DNA of 62,914 bases, counting the filler, from Licmophora abbreviata (lineage: Eukaryota), in assembly GCA_900291995.1 (NCBI GenBank). It is 16 parts of 16 records of this genome, joined end to end, with 100 filler letters (N's around TTAATTAATTAA, not from the genome) between each part and the next. Parts side by side here need not be neighbours in the genome. Positions count along the whole stretch, not along the records: positions 32,092 to 34,061 come from OLMU01005080.1; positions 34,162 to 45,752 come from OLMU01005081.1; positions 45,853 to 51,279 come from OLMU01005082.1; 13 more parts are not named here. One strand, given 5' to 3'. The translations under genes were made by a program, and so were the position numbers. Of this stretch, positions 33,741 through 46,250 are shown piece after piece; position 1 is the first letter of the stretch; every line of letters starts with the position of its first letter. The notes below the pieces were generated by a model. That model saw only the letters and a list, made by a program, of their open reading frames with translations, had not been told where the DNA came from and did not search any database.

Positions 33741-36700
33741 CTACAGCGATGTCGAGAATCGCTGTTCGGCGTCGTACGGATCAATCATGGCGTGCAGGTG
33801 TCGAATGGCCGATTCGGCAAACAGCGTTCTGTCCAGACGAAGGTCCCCTTCGGCAGTCGGCGACAGTGGGCTGCGTCCATATCCACCTTCCAGCACGGAT
33901 ACGACGCGTCCCTGACAACAAATGTCTGCAATTTCCAAAATTTTGCGAGTCGTCCAAGCGTAGTCTTCCGGTTCAAGATCCAGTCCCATCCTTTCGGGAG
34001 CTCCAATCATGTGCTTGGCATTGCCCACATCGCCCTTGGTGGCATCGAAACCGGCGCTGATNNNNNNNNNNNNNNNNNNNNNNNNNNNNNNNNNNNNNNN
34101 NNNNNTTAATTAATTAANNNNNNNNNNNNNNNNNNNNNNNNNNNNNNNNNNNNNNNNNNNNAGCCGAGAATGTCGGAGGAGGAGTCGTCGCCGCCCACCA
34201 CTGATGCACGGGAAGGGGAACTGGTGGAACTGGCCGAAGCGACGCGCTGTTTCGTCTTTTGGCGAGTGTTGTGTCGGATTGGAGCTGTGAGCGGAGCGAC
34301 GCCAGGATCTTGTTCCTGCCACAGAGGTGTGATCGGGACATTGATAATATTGTGTGTAAGATCATCGTCTTCCCCAGTTCCTGGATAGAACTTGTAGGAA
34401 GGTACGTTGCTTCTGGACCGACGCTTTTCATTGTCAAAAAGATGGATGGAGAAGAAAAGAAGCTTTCCTGGATCATCACACTTTCGGACAATTTCTTCCG
34501 TTCCGTTACCATGATGAACGTCGATGTCGACAATGGCACATCGTTTACATAGCTCTCGCTCGTCAGAAATGGCGTGAAGCGCACCAGAGGCCACATTGTT
34601 GAAAATGCAAAAGCCACACGACTCTCCCCCCGCGAGCAACCCTTTGATTCCTGCGTGATGACCGGGTGGACGAACGACACAAAAAGCATTGCGATGTCTT
34701 CCCACGAGAACACAGTCGACGGCGTGCTGCACAGCTCCGGCGGCGCGTCGGGCAGCACGAAGAGAACCAGCGCTGAACGATGTGTCGGAGTGGGCGCTCT
34801 GCTTGACATCCGCCTCGCTGTCAAGTTTCAATACCGATTTCTGGATCTACAGGATGGAGGCGGAACAAATGAGTGAGTTAGGTCAGATTGGTTGTTGTAC
34901 ACCGAGTCAATAATGAGCTTGAAGTTGCCGTACCATCGGAGTAAAGGGGACTGTGTGAGGGGCCCCTTCACTTTCCACGTCATCGTCGCCCATTTCTTGC
35001 CGCTTCCTTTCAAGGTCTTTGCTCAGATCGTTGACAAATGCAAGATAGTCGTGGCTGTGGATCCTACTCAGCATATCTAGGCTCGCTTTCTCGAAATCAG
35101 AAGATACCATCACCTCATGAGGAAAGACACCAGTTGTCTCTCCGGATTCAGGATTGGGAAGAACTCTTCTCATGATGGTCTTCACACGATCTGGTGCCTC
35201 CCAGTCGCTTTCAGATTTGGGCATATGCTCGAGACATTCCGGATGGTGCAGGACAAGCGTTCTGCATTGGTTGGAGAGTGCAATGAGGTTAGCACGAACC
35301 TCGCAAACCTCTCGAATAATTTCCTTTCGTTTCCTCTTTCCGCTTCGTCTCGTTCTCTCACCCGGCTTCTTCGCTTCCATGTCAGTGTTGTCCTCGCTGA
35401 AGCCAGCCAAGGCAACGTCCAGTGGTCGTTTGAACTCTTTGTTCAGAATCGAAGCATGCGCACCATTTTCGACTAGCGTCCGAACCACACTCATGCTCCG
35501 CCGCCCTACTCGCATCGCCCAATGTAGTGCCGTCTCTCCCACATCGTTTTGATTGTCTGTGCGACGAAGGAAATCAATGGGTGAGTCTGGAGCATACCGA
35601 GGGGCAGGACATGCCGTCACGAAAAGGCCCACCTGGAGGACAGTTCTTCAGCAGAAGCATCTGTTCAGTCCTGTCATCCCCAGCTCGGGCCGCCCAGTGA
35701 AGAGGTGAGTTGCCGTTCGAGTCTGTGGCAGTTACATCAGCTCCTGCGGCCAGTAAAAGTCTTACGATCTCGCATGCAGTAGTCGTGTACTCCGGATCTA
35801 ACATGCCGAGGGCGCACGCCGAGTGGATCGGACAAAATCCAGCATCATCTCTTCTCTGCAAAATTTCCACGCCAACCTTATCATTGATAGTCAGTTCGGC
35901 CTCCAACGTCGCCATGTCCATGCTGCAAATAAGCTCGTGGAGGGAAGATCTACCATACTTGGATCCTGGTTCACACACAGGGTGAGGGTGAGGACTCTGA
36001 GGCTTCCCTTCTTCAATCGGTATCATAAATTCATCATTAGTATCTGCCGTTTCCTGAGTAAGCGCCTCTTCCCCCTTTTGTTTTGCGTCACTGCACGATA
36101 GGAGGGCAGCACGTCAGACAGACCATCAGCGCGACGGACGAGCGTTTCCGAAGACAATTTTCTCTAACAATCTCCACGTACCTGATAAGTGCCTCCAACT
36201 GGCCGTCCCATGGAGTGGTGGGAGACGCCTCTCCCCCTCGAGCAGTTTTAGTTTCGGACGAAATGCCGAGAGATTCCGGATTAACAATCTGAAGCGTCAT
36301 GGATGCATGGACGGCGGGTTCTTGCGATCCAAACAACGGAGGAAGGGAGGGTAATCGGGCTACGCCACCAGTTCCTTCCTCGGGAGGAGTTACGTCGCCG
36401 TCCTCGGCTCCTGAAGACTTTGCAGGGTTCTTCTTCGCGCTACTGGCCACTCCGGCAAGCATCTGTGCAGCGGCAATCTCTGCCAACTTTCGTTTTCCCG
36501 TGGCCGCCGGTGAAGGTTCAGGGAACTTGCCTTGTCGAGATGCCGAATCGTGTCCAGGAGCAGTGATCTTCATTCCCGCAGCGGAACCAAACATCGACAA
36601 GCTAGATGAGGCGAACCCCGAAATGGAGGGAGTCGACCCATCCTGCGGCGTCGAGAATCCGTGTGTTGGGAGGATCCTGGGCGCAGGCATCCCGAACGAC

Positions 36701-37401
36701 GCATTCGGCGCAGAGGAAGACGAACCCATAACCTTGTTAGTGCTCAGTCCCATGAGATGCGCTGCCGCATGAGTGGACGAAGTTGATTGTTCTCTCTTTA
36801 GTTTTGTCGCCGCTTGTTTCTTTTTCCTCTTCTCCGTGGATTTTTTGACTTCCGCCACAACTCCCATGTCCACTGACGTAATTTCACTTCGATGATCGCC
36901 CGTCGCCGACGACGACGACGACATGACCTTTTGCAATTTCTGAAAGTACTTTTGCGCGTGAGTTCTCGTCTGAACGACCGTGCGAGTTTTGACCTTGGCC
37001 GCCACCTTCTTCCATTCCTTCCCGTACATGCGAAGCGCACTCAAGAACGCATCGTGCTCCTCACGCGTCCAACGACCCGTGGCTTCCTGTCCCGCGTCCA
37101 CGACCCTACCAGGAGTACTCGGATCAATACGTACAGGTTTTGCACTGCCGGAGCCTGATAGGGGAGAGCCTCCGCCGCCATCGTCGTCCTCCTCCTCTGT
37201 ATCCGAGTCCGACTCGAACGCATTAGAGGTAGCGTAGGGCCGACCGCGAGAAGATGTCTTTCGCTTTTTCGACCCACCCTCGCCGTTCGTCAAGTCGAGA
37301 AAGGATGTATGTTGCTGCTGCTGCTCTCGAGAGGATCCATCTCCAAACATGTCGTCCTGTCCCACATCATCAAAGCTCCCATTATTCTTCGACGACGGCA
37401 T
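33741..37401 (-). CDS. Myb(SHAQKYF)-ankyrin-class II histone deacetylase fusion, spliced
   Basis: Myb GRWTREEH...RTHAQKYF, ankyrins (NSPLHWAA, ETALHWA) and HDAC motifs (RPPGHHA, GFCIFNN, DIDVHHGNGT, SAGFD, LEGGYG). In-frame GT-AG introns at 36091-36181, 35557-35632 and 34847-34933. Confidence 0.8.
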
Positions 37402-38440
37402 GCTTGAGTTTAAAAAAAAATAGATTGAGCTTTACAAACACAAAGGACGTCGATAGAGGAAGAGTACTTTGCGACGCTACAATCGCATGCACCCGCAGTC
37501 ACTGCCTGATCCACGGGTAGTGGTGCAGAAGTGAAACTCCCTGTGAATGGACGAGGACAGAACAAACGAAGCCTGTGAGTTCATGCTTCATCATTGACAT
37601 AGAAATCCGAACTGGTCTAGTCACCAAAAGTCGCTGCGAACGAGATATGAAAGCGAAGTACGACTGCCAGGCAAGCAGGGATGGTCTCTGAAGAGAAAGT
37701 CAAAGTGCGCAGCAGGTCAACGCTGACTCCTTCTAAGAAATTGACCATCATGAGGAAACCAAGATCCGTAAGTTTTTCGGCATCGTGACACCCCCGAGAC
37801 AAAGATACTACTGGTTCCTACGTAAACTCTACAGACACATCATCGGAGACACGTTTTGTTCGGAAGAGAAAAAAAGATCTTGGCGAGAATAACAGAACCA
37901 TGACTGCCAACTTGTCCATTTCTGAAGCGAATCTCCTTCTTAAAACACTCAAAACGAAATCTGAGACACCTGAAAGACTCTGACTTCCATTCCTGTCATC
38001 CAAGAAGACACAGAAGGCTCCAAAATGAATTGAGAAAACGACCATGGTCATACGTACCCGGCGTGCAATCAATTTGGGAACTCGCAAAGATTCTGTCCGC
38101 GTAGAATTTCTACTCTGTCTACGTGTGGACCAATCAGAAAATGCCAATGATGGTGCCGCGGAGGTTCAGCTTCCGGGTTTCCAGATGAGTCGATCGAACG
38201 AGTCGATTCGGATCGAATTGTTGAGCTCCTCGAGTGATGATACCTGGTAACGGTACCGTGATGGAGATGTCTAGAGGACCCTGAAGACTAATGAAGTGGA
38301 GATACTGTAGTTTGGAAAGGAAGGTACTCGCATCAGCTAAGTAGACCAATAGTACGAAGATGCAACGAAAACCTCAAGGAAGAGAGCATTCCATTACTCC
38401 ATAGCGACGACTCTTACACCCGGTTTCGTCTATCTCACAG

Positions 38441-39834
38441 CTACGCACCACTCTTGCTTTCCTTCCTCTTTCCCTCAACAGAGACGTACGCATTCGCCTG
38501 CACTTCTGCCGCTGCCTCTTCTAGAATGTCTCGTCTTTCCTGATAGTACTTGTCTTCCAAATTGGCTCGTAGACGGAATTCTTCTTCCAGACGCTTGTCA
38601 GCGGCGTTCTTCTCCTCCTCCAAAAGCGCTAGCCTTTCCATCACACTGGCGAGTGGTGACAACTTATCCTCATTGGCTAGAATCTGATCATTCCAGTCAT
38701 CGCTCAACTGGTTTGCAAAACGGCTCTGTTCCTCCGCGGTTGGCTCCTGGACTGTCTGAGACTTGACTTTGTCGTCCTTCATCCAGTCTGGAGTTTCCAC
38801 CCAGTCGGCACCTTCCAAGTCCTCTGACGATGATGATAATTCTGTATTATCCAATGTAAGTTTCTCCAATCGCTCTTGACGCTGCTTGGCAGCCTTTTCT
38901 TCCTCCATAGTCACTCCTGATTCTTCCAAGTCTGCAACGCTATCCAAGTCAGGAATGTTGTTGCGGATGGAAGCTGGAGGTGCGTCTGCGGTCGTGGGCA
39001 TTTCTTCCGTCTTTTGCACCTTTCGTCGACGAATCCGTTTTTTCTTCTTCTTCTTTTGTTTCGGAGCATCACTCTCTGCAACAGAAGAAGAAGAAGCCTC
39101 ACTCTCGTCATTGCTTGTTGCTGTTGACTGCGTAGAGAATGGATCACTTTCCGAGTCCACATTGATGCTGCGTCGAAAGGAAAAGGCATCGTTGAGTTCC
39201 CGCTGTGCCTTGCGCAGTTCTTCCAATTCGAGCTGACTTTCCAGATTCGTCTCGAAGGTTTTGGTCACGTCGGTTCCCAACGAACGGACATTCTGAATGA
39301 ACTTTCCAATTTCCTTGGTGAGTTTGTACAAGTCCGATGGGCCCAATACAAAGTAACCCACGAGCAAGACTGTAGCCTTTAATGTGGTGGATGAGCGTAT
39401 TGGCAGTTTGTGCGTGCGTGTGTGTGTGTGTGTTAGATGACTTGCAGTATTCAGTTTACAACAATAAAAATCAACAAAAAGGCTACACCGGCAAGACACA
39501 AACATACCATTTCAGGAGCTCCTACTCCAAAGAGTCCACCGTCACTTCCCATGAACATGTTCAAGGACGTGTTGATGTCTCTCCTGGGAGATCGATTCGA
39601 CGTCTGTCGTCGCTCCAAAGGACTAGAAGTAGTAGTAGTTGTTGTTGTTGTTGTTTGGCGGGAAAAGAAGGAAGGGGACAAGAAAGGCGCATGATTCCCA
39701 GATGGCTGTAGAACAAAGGCCGTAGCGGCTGGTTGACTTGCCAGTAGAACCAGAAGCACTGCCAGCATCGTATTTAGAAGGACTCTTTTGGACGCTATTC
39801 TGGAGCCTCCGAAACGAGATGGATGCTGCGGCAT
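38441..39834 (-). CDS. tatB: Plastid Tat translocase subunit TatB/Hcf106-like
   Basis: Bipartite presequence (ATA-FV), FGVGAPE, intron 39377-39507, then VLLVGYFVLGPSDLYKLTKEIGK and an acidic tail. Confidence 0.8.
39410..39432. repeat. (GT)n microsatellite in the tatB intron
   Basis: gtgcgtgcgtgtgtgtgtgtgtg. Confidence 0.8.
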
Positions 39835-40280
39835 GGGGGACCGTGTGTCGTATATGGATGTATAGTCAGTCAGTCAGTCAGTCAGTTTCTTTGGACGCCA
39901 CACGCCGGTTTCGATTTCAAAATTCGAGTACTTGCTGTTCCACACACACTCTCTCTCTCTCAGCGATCGATTGAATCCCAAACGATTCCACACAAAATTA
40001 AAAAATATCGTAATACGAGAAAGGGCAACAAGAAGAGGATCCTCCGAGAGATGAGAGAGTGCCTTCACCTCGATTTACTATTTCGGCTGACATGCGTACT
40101 CGTATGATAGCAAAAGCCCACACGCAAACATCACACAACAACCTTTTCGGACGGATGTCTGTCCTCGTACGCTCCACGTGGATGTGGATGACATGGCGTC
40201 CGTCCGGCGTTCAAAGTCAGCACCGCCGGCCACAGAACAAAAACTAAAAAAACTACCAACAAAAATCAAACATCACCATC

Positions 40281-42836
40281 ATGGCGCCGTCAGAGCCATT
40301 ATCCTGCAACTTCCAAGACGATAAAATAGAGCGCTCCACTGATGATTCAGTAATACTACCACAAACGAATCGAATAAAGTGCCGTAGGAGAGATTGGTCG
40401 AAACGACGACGGTCCAAAAGGAAGAACCATCCCTGGCCTGCCATGATGTTGCTGCTGCTGCTGCTAGTGCCACTGTTGCAATCATCACACCGATCTGCGC
40501 ATGCCTTTGTGCCTTATACAACAAGAATAGCAACACGACGACGGCGGTGGTTCTTTGGTAGCATAGACGGTCCGATTCCTCAACCTTCTCACACGGCTAG
40601 TACAACAACACCTACTCCTCTTGCTTCCTCCGCTGTCGATCCAACGGCACGCTTTCACTCGGATCTAGTCCGAGTCCTGGAGTCTCGTCGTCGACATGCC
40701 AATACTACGATGCAGAATACTTTTCTACGTGTATGGAACGACGCAAGAGACCAGACATCCTGGACAATGATATCGACGGAGCGGAACGTGCTTACAAAAT
40801 GCTACAGCACATGATTGAACTCGGTGTCGCCACCGAAGACAGCTTTCAGCTCGTCATGAGAGCTTTTGTCAAACGAGGTCGACTGCGATGGAGTGTGGAG
40901 AATACTGGTGTTGTCTGCGCAGCCGATCAGGTGGAGCAGCTCTTGCAGCAGTTGGAATGTCAGGATGCGTCCACAATTCGTACGGAAACCTACAATCTCG
41001 TCTTGGAGGCCTTTGCCAACTGTGCGACGCCGCGGGGGGAACGAAATTATGCCAAACGTGCTGACACTCTGTTAGATCGAATGGAAGAACAGAATGATGT
41101 ACAGTCCGTAGTACATGTGCTGCATGCGTGGTCGTGGCAGCAGGCGAATATGAATGCGGGTGACTGTGCCCAGCGTGCCAACGACCTCTTGGAGAATTTG
41201 GAGGATATGGTGAATGGGCATGACAATCGGGAGGAGGCACTGCAGCTCATGCAGTCTTATGACTGGATCTTGGAAGCTTGGTCCAAGAGCAACTCGGAGG
41301 GGTCCCCTCAAAAGGCCGATGTCATATTCCGGCGCATGAAAGAGCTCAAGGCGGACCTTGCAAGACCCTCATCCTCGTCAACCCAAGACAACGTTCCGAT
41401 GGAGTGCACGCTTCCGAATTCCGAATCCTACTCCAATTGTATCCTTGCGTGGTCTAAATGTCCAGGAGAAACTGCCGTTCGCCGAGCACATAAAGTGTTG
41501 TTGGAAATGGTGCACGAGTTCAGAGCTGGTGGCTTGTTCGACTCGGAACCGGAGCTGATTGCTTTCAATGCCGTCATCACCGCTTGGGCGCGATTGGGAC
41601 GTCCTGACAAGGCCGAGTCCATCTTGTGGCTCATGGACGAACTGCAACAGGAATGTCGAAATCTTGTTCCCGATGTCTTGACGTACAATGCCGTTCTTCA
41701 CGCCCATGTCAAGAGCAGTAACAAGGACAAGGCTCTGGACAGAATTATTGATATCGTTGGTCATATGGAGGAGAACTGGAAAGATCAACCAGCCATCCGC
41801 CCAGAGAGCTTCACGTACAACACTCTCATGAAGGTATGGCATGGACGACCCTGTAGAGTGGCCACGTCGTTACGTTTCTTATGTATTCTTACCTTGATTT
41901 TTCTCTTGTTGTGTCTCTGTTTCGCAATTCCAGGCTTGGGTGCAAAGTGGCTACGATGATGCGGCAGAGCAAGTTGAAGCTATTCTGACGAAAATGGAGC
42001 GTTTGGCAGAGCGAAGCAATGACCAGTTTGAGCTTTCGAATAGACACTTCAATATTCTGATCAATGCCTACGCCAAGAGCAACGATCGTTCCGGCACGCG
42101 CAAGGCACACGGCCTTTTAAAACGTATGCAGGGGTCGAATCATGTACAGCCGGATATTATTTCGTTCACATCTGTTATTGAGTGCTACTCGAAGAGCAAA
42201 GATCCAGAGGCTTCTGTTATTGCCGAACAGCTTTTGAAGGAGGCGTTCGATCACTACAATTCCAACGGCAGAGATCCTGCGCTCATGCCCAACCTGCGAA
42301 CTTTTACCATGGTCATCCTTTCGCTAGCTCGTAGTCCTCGACGGGGAAACACTGCAAAAGCTCGCGGTCTGCTGGATCAGTTGGTGAAACTGTACGAAGA
42401 AACAGAAGATGATCGGCTCAAACCGAATGAGTATCCTTACAACTACGTGCTGAATTGCGCCGCAAACACTCTTGGAAGTATGGAAGACAAGATTAAGGCT
42501 TTCCAGTTGGCGACGAAGACATATCAAGATATGCGCAAGTCGTCATTGGTCGCTCCAGATTCGTTCACATATGCATTTTGGATCAAGGCCTGCAACAACT
42601 TGCTGCCCAAGACCGAGCTTTATGGAAAATGCGTGTCGTTGGCTTTTGAGCAGTGCAAACAAGACGGATTGGTTTCTCCAGAGGTCTTGAGTCGCTTGCA
42701 ACAAGGTGTTTCCTTGGAATTGTGTCGGAAGCTCCTGGGCGGAGCTGCTTCGACCGAATATCGCACCTTGAAAGCGTACGACTTGCCTGCATCCTGGACT
42801 CGCAAGACCAAAATTCCAAGGCGGAGGCGCTTCTAG
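40281..42836 (+). CDS. Pentatricopeptide-repeat protein, probably plastid-targeted
   Basis: Signal plus AHA-FVP, and PPR motifs (TYNLVLEAFA, AFNAVITAWA, PDVLTYNAVLHAH, PDIISFTSVIECY). Intron near 41834-41933 and an apparent frameshift near 40700. Confidence 0.85.
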
Positions 42837-43000
42837 GCTATAAAGGACGTGTTGGGACTCACTATAGAACACCAATTATTGTCGCTATTTTTTTCTTATT
42901 CTCGATTCTGCTCTCAGTAATGGTGGCGTTCGCGGTCCTTCATTATTTGTGAGGATATTCTAGTTCCCATTCCCTCTGCAACTTCTGGCGTAGTTGTCGA

Positions 43001-43990
43001 CTACGCAGACTTGTCAGACATCTCGACGACGCCTTCTTCTTCGGCGCCCTCCTTCATTTCTCCTCCTCTGCACGTCTTCTTCATCCTCGCCGACATCCAT
43101 CTCGATCCACGTGGTGACTTCGGCCACGACGTAACTGGCAGCAAAGGGTCCAAGTATAGATCCAGTACCAAGAACCCATAACGTCGCTGCAGTCCGTTCC
43201 GGCACTGCTCATGCACACAACGACGGCCGGGCCAAAGGAACGGGCGGGGTTGACGCCGCATCCTGTAAAGGGAATCAAACAGATGTGGCTGCGAATGGAA
43301 CGCGATAACAGAACGTCAGTTGTATCGTCGGGGCGTCGTTGAATCACACAAGGTGTTGGTTACTTACACAACGACCAAGACCAGCCCAATGGGGATAGCC
43401 GGGAAAGGGGTGGTGGCAATACCGCGCTTGTCGAGAGCCGTCTGGGCAATGACAAAGTAGAAGAAGAAGGATCCCATGAACTCCAAAAGGAGTCCGTTTC
43501 CATCCGTGAGATCAGGGTCGAGCGTCGTCGATCCCAGCAAAAACGGAGGACTACCGATGACGGAATCTGCCCCGCTGGAAGCTCCTTCGATCCCGGTGGT
43601 GCATCCCCAGACGATGGAGGAAGCGATGATGGATCCGAGGAACTGGGCGAGCCAGTAGACAATCATCTTGGTGAGGGAGATCTGACGACGGAAGAACATG
43701 AGAAGCGTGACACCTGGGTTCATGTGACCGCCGGTCAGGTGTCCCATGGAGAAGGCCAAGGCCAGGATGGAGACTCCAAAGGAGACGGCAATAGGGAGGA
43801 TGCGGGCTACATCTTCCTCAGCGCCGTTGGCTGCGAGCTTGTCTCCCGTAGAAAGGGCTGACAAGGTACCGGCCCAGACGAAAACGGTGGTAGACAAGAG
43901 TTCGACGAGACCGTCGCGCATGAGGCGCTTCTTGTTGGACGTGTCATCCGGCGCAGGAGTGTTGAACAGGTTCAGCAAGGCAAGCGGCAT
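43001..43990 (-). CDS. Aquaporin (MIP family) with NPG/NPA motifs
   Basis: GGHMNPGVT and GCGVNPARSFGP. Intron 43289-43367 and an apparent indel near 43155. Confidence 0.92.
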
Positions 43991-44689
43991 GGTGGAGCTG
44001 TTGATGAATAGGGCAAAGCAAGTAGAGAAGATAGTAAAGAGTAGCTGTAAGTCTTAAGATCTGGAATCTCAAAGATACGGTACTGACATGTGGTTCGGGA
44101 GTACGAATACTCGTACCGGTACCAGGTATCATACCAGCCGCGGAACTTGTTCCGTTTATCATCTCTGCTGGCGTTCCGAACCCACTCTGCGTTTTTGGAT
44201 GGTCGTCGTCGTCCGTTTTGGGTGCCCTCGCGCGGAGAGGTGCGCGAAGCCATGTGCAATCAATTGGTTTGCCTCATTTCTGTATAAAGAGTAATGGAAG
44301 AGTCCCATTTCCTGTTGGTACTGCCGGTACCGGTACCGGTTCGGCAATTCGGTGAGCAGAGCGAAAGCTTTCTCGCCGTCAGACCCTTCTATGTTCTATC
44401 CTACCCAGGTACCGTGGCACTTTAGTTCTACCTGCTCTCAGTTATAGAGATACAGGTAGCGGTACGTGGCAGTTGAGTGCATACATCGGCACGATCGCTG
44501 GTACTTTTCAAAGCATGTTGCTAGTAGAAGGCATGTATCGACACAAAGCCTTTCGTTCTATACAGTTTTCGCTCATTTTTTCTCCTTGGCTTATCAAAAA
44601 AGTTACTATGCCATTTCAGGGCTCCTCCTGTCAAGGTGTTACACGAGGATCCGCCGTGGTACAACAGATTACACGTCTCAGTCAAATTC

Positions 44690-45667
44690 TTAAGAGATCA
44701 AGCCTTCATCACTGGGGCCAGTGGTTTCAAACTCGTGGTGTTTGCTGTGACGACGATAAGCCCAGAAACCACCCACACACCCAGCGATGCCCATGAGTGA
44801 CATGAAGAGAACAGTGGCCCATGGGCCCCATGTCAAACCTCCAGAGTTGGATTTGATTGCGTCTTCTTCTTTGTAGAGCTGATGAATATAGCTACACGCG
44901 CTGGTGTCGGGGTAACTCAGATCGAGGTCTTCTTCGCACTTGCTAGAGTCTCCGTAGAGTTCTTCGCACTGCTCGAGAACTTCGTCTTCGTCCGACTGAT
45001 CGCCATCGGCCTGGTCCTGTTCCCCGTCGTGTTCGCGGCAGCTGGCACATTCGTTCTGAATGATTGAATGCTTCGAGGTAGCGGAGTACGGTAAAACGTA
45101 TCCCTCAAGGTCATAGAAAGTGATGTCATCAGTCTGAACAGTGCAGTACTCATCCGTAAATATTCCAAGGTAGACACTGAAGGCATCGTCAGTGGAGCAG
45201 TAGGGTCCAATGTATAGGCCGTCTTCGTACTCTTGACATTCCAAGTACTCCTGGATGTCAAATTCGTCGTCATTGTCAATGCAGTATCTCATGCCCGCAT
45301 TTGCATAGCACGCGTCTTCACTACTGTCGTCCCCGCAGTTCTCTCGCACCATCTCGCATGCATACTCCCTCGCGCCCATTTGCGCTTCCGTAAAGGCGTC
45401 AATGAAGAGCCAAAAATCAACGAGGTACTGGCCTCCACCAGAGCACCCCGAAACGCAGCTGTCGCTTTCTGGGCAAAGACGGAAAGAGGCCATGCCTGCG
45501 CTAGCGAAGCAGTTCTCATACTTGAGGGTGTATCCTGTCATCCACGAGTAGGCAGCTTCCTCGAGGCGACGGGGCGTGGTCCCGGCGCTGCTTTTTGATT
45601 TGGCGACGTCAAGCGGGTTGCCGATGGTGCAGCTCAAGAGCGCAGATAGAAGAGCGAGGCGGAGCAT
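44690..45667 (-). CDS. Silicanin-like type I membrane protein (diatom family)
   Basis: Signal peptide, RRL pro-peptide motif, Cys-rich acidic ectodomain (YTLKYENC, FRLCP, IGPYC, FTDEYC, CEELY..S.KCE), a single C-terminal TM and a short tail. Confidence 0.72.
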   Translation of the reverse strand: MLRLALLSALLSCTIGNPLDVAKSKSSAGTTPRRLEEAAYSWMTGYTLKYENCFASAGMASFRLCPESDSCVSGCSGGGQYLVDFWLFIDAFTEAQMGAREYACEMVRENCGDDSSEDACYANAGMRYCIDNDDEFDIQEYLECQEYEDGLYIGPYCSTDDAFSVYLGIFTDEYCTVQTDDITFYDLEGYVLPYSATSKHSIIQNECASCREHDGEQDQADGDQSDEDEVLEQCEELYGDSSKCEEDLDLSYPDTSACSYIHQLYKEEDAIKSNSGGLTWGPWATVLFMSLMGIAGCVGGFWAYRRHSKHHEFETTGPSDEGLIS

Positions 45668-46250
45668 CCTTGTATTTTCGGGTGGGTTGTTTCCTTTGGG
45701 TGCACGGGTACAACACGAAAAAGTGAGCGATGGACACTTTGTTTCTTCTTTTNNNNNNNNNNNNNNNNNNNNNNNNNNNNNNNNNNNNNNNNNNNNTTAA
45801 TTAATTAANNNNNNNNNNNNNNNNNNNNNNNNNNNNNNNNNNNNNNNNNNNNGACAGAAGTTTGGGCGATGGTGGCTTTCGCCGATCAAGACGAAAGCGC
45901 GGCGGGCCGCGCTAGGCGATCTGTCGAAATGTCATTGTACAGTTCTTTGGTGACGTCTATTTCATATTTGGCCATATTACTTATTACACTTAGCTTTTGA
46001 CAGTGTACATATTCGTTTCTCTGATATCATAAAATCGGTATCATACGATAAGCTAACTTCGTCTGGCATCACGTGACGTGGCGTGCAGCGTGACCACGAC
46101 TGAAGTCGACTACAACTTCAACTTGCTCCCCCGGAACTTCAATGCGGTGGCGCACGAAACGCTCACAATTCCTTTCCGTTGACCTGTGTTGCACTTGAAC
46201 CAGGCTCTCGCCACGCCTCTGGCTCATAGATAGCCGTACTGTACTATACC

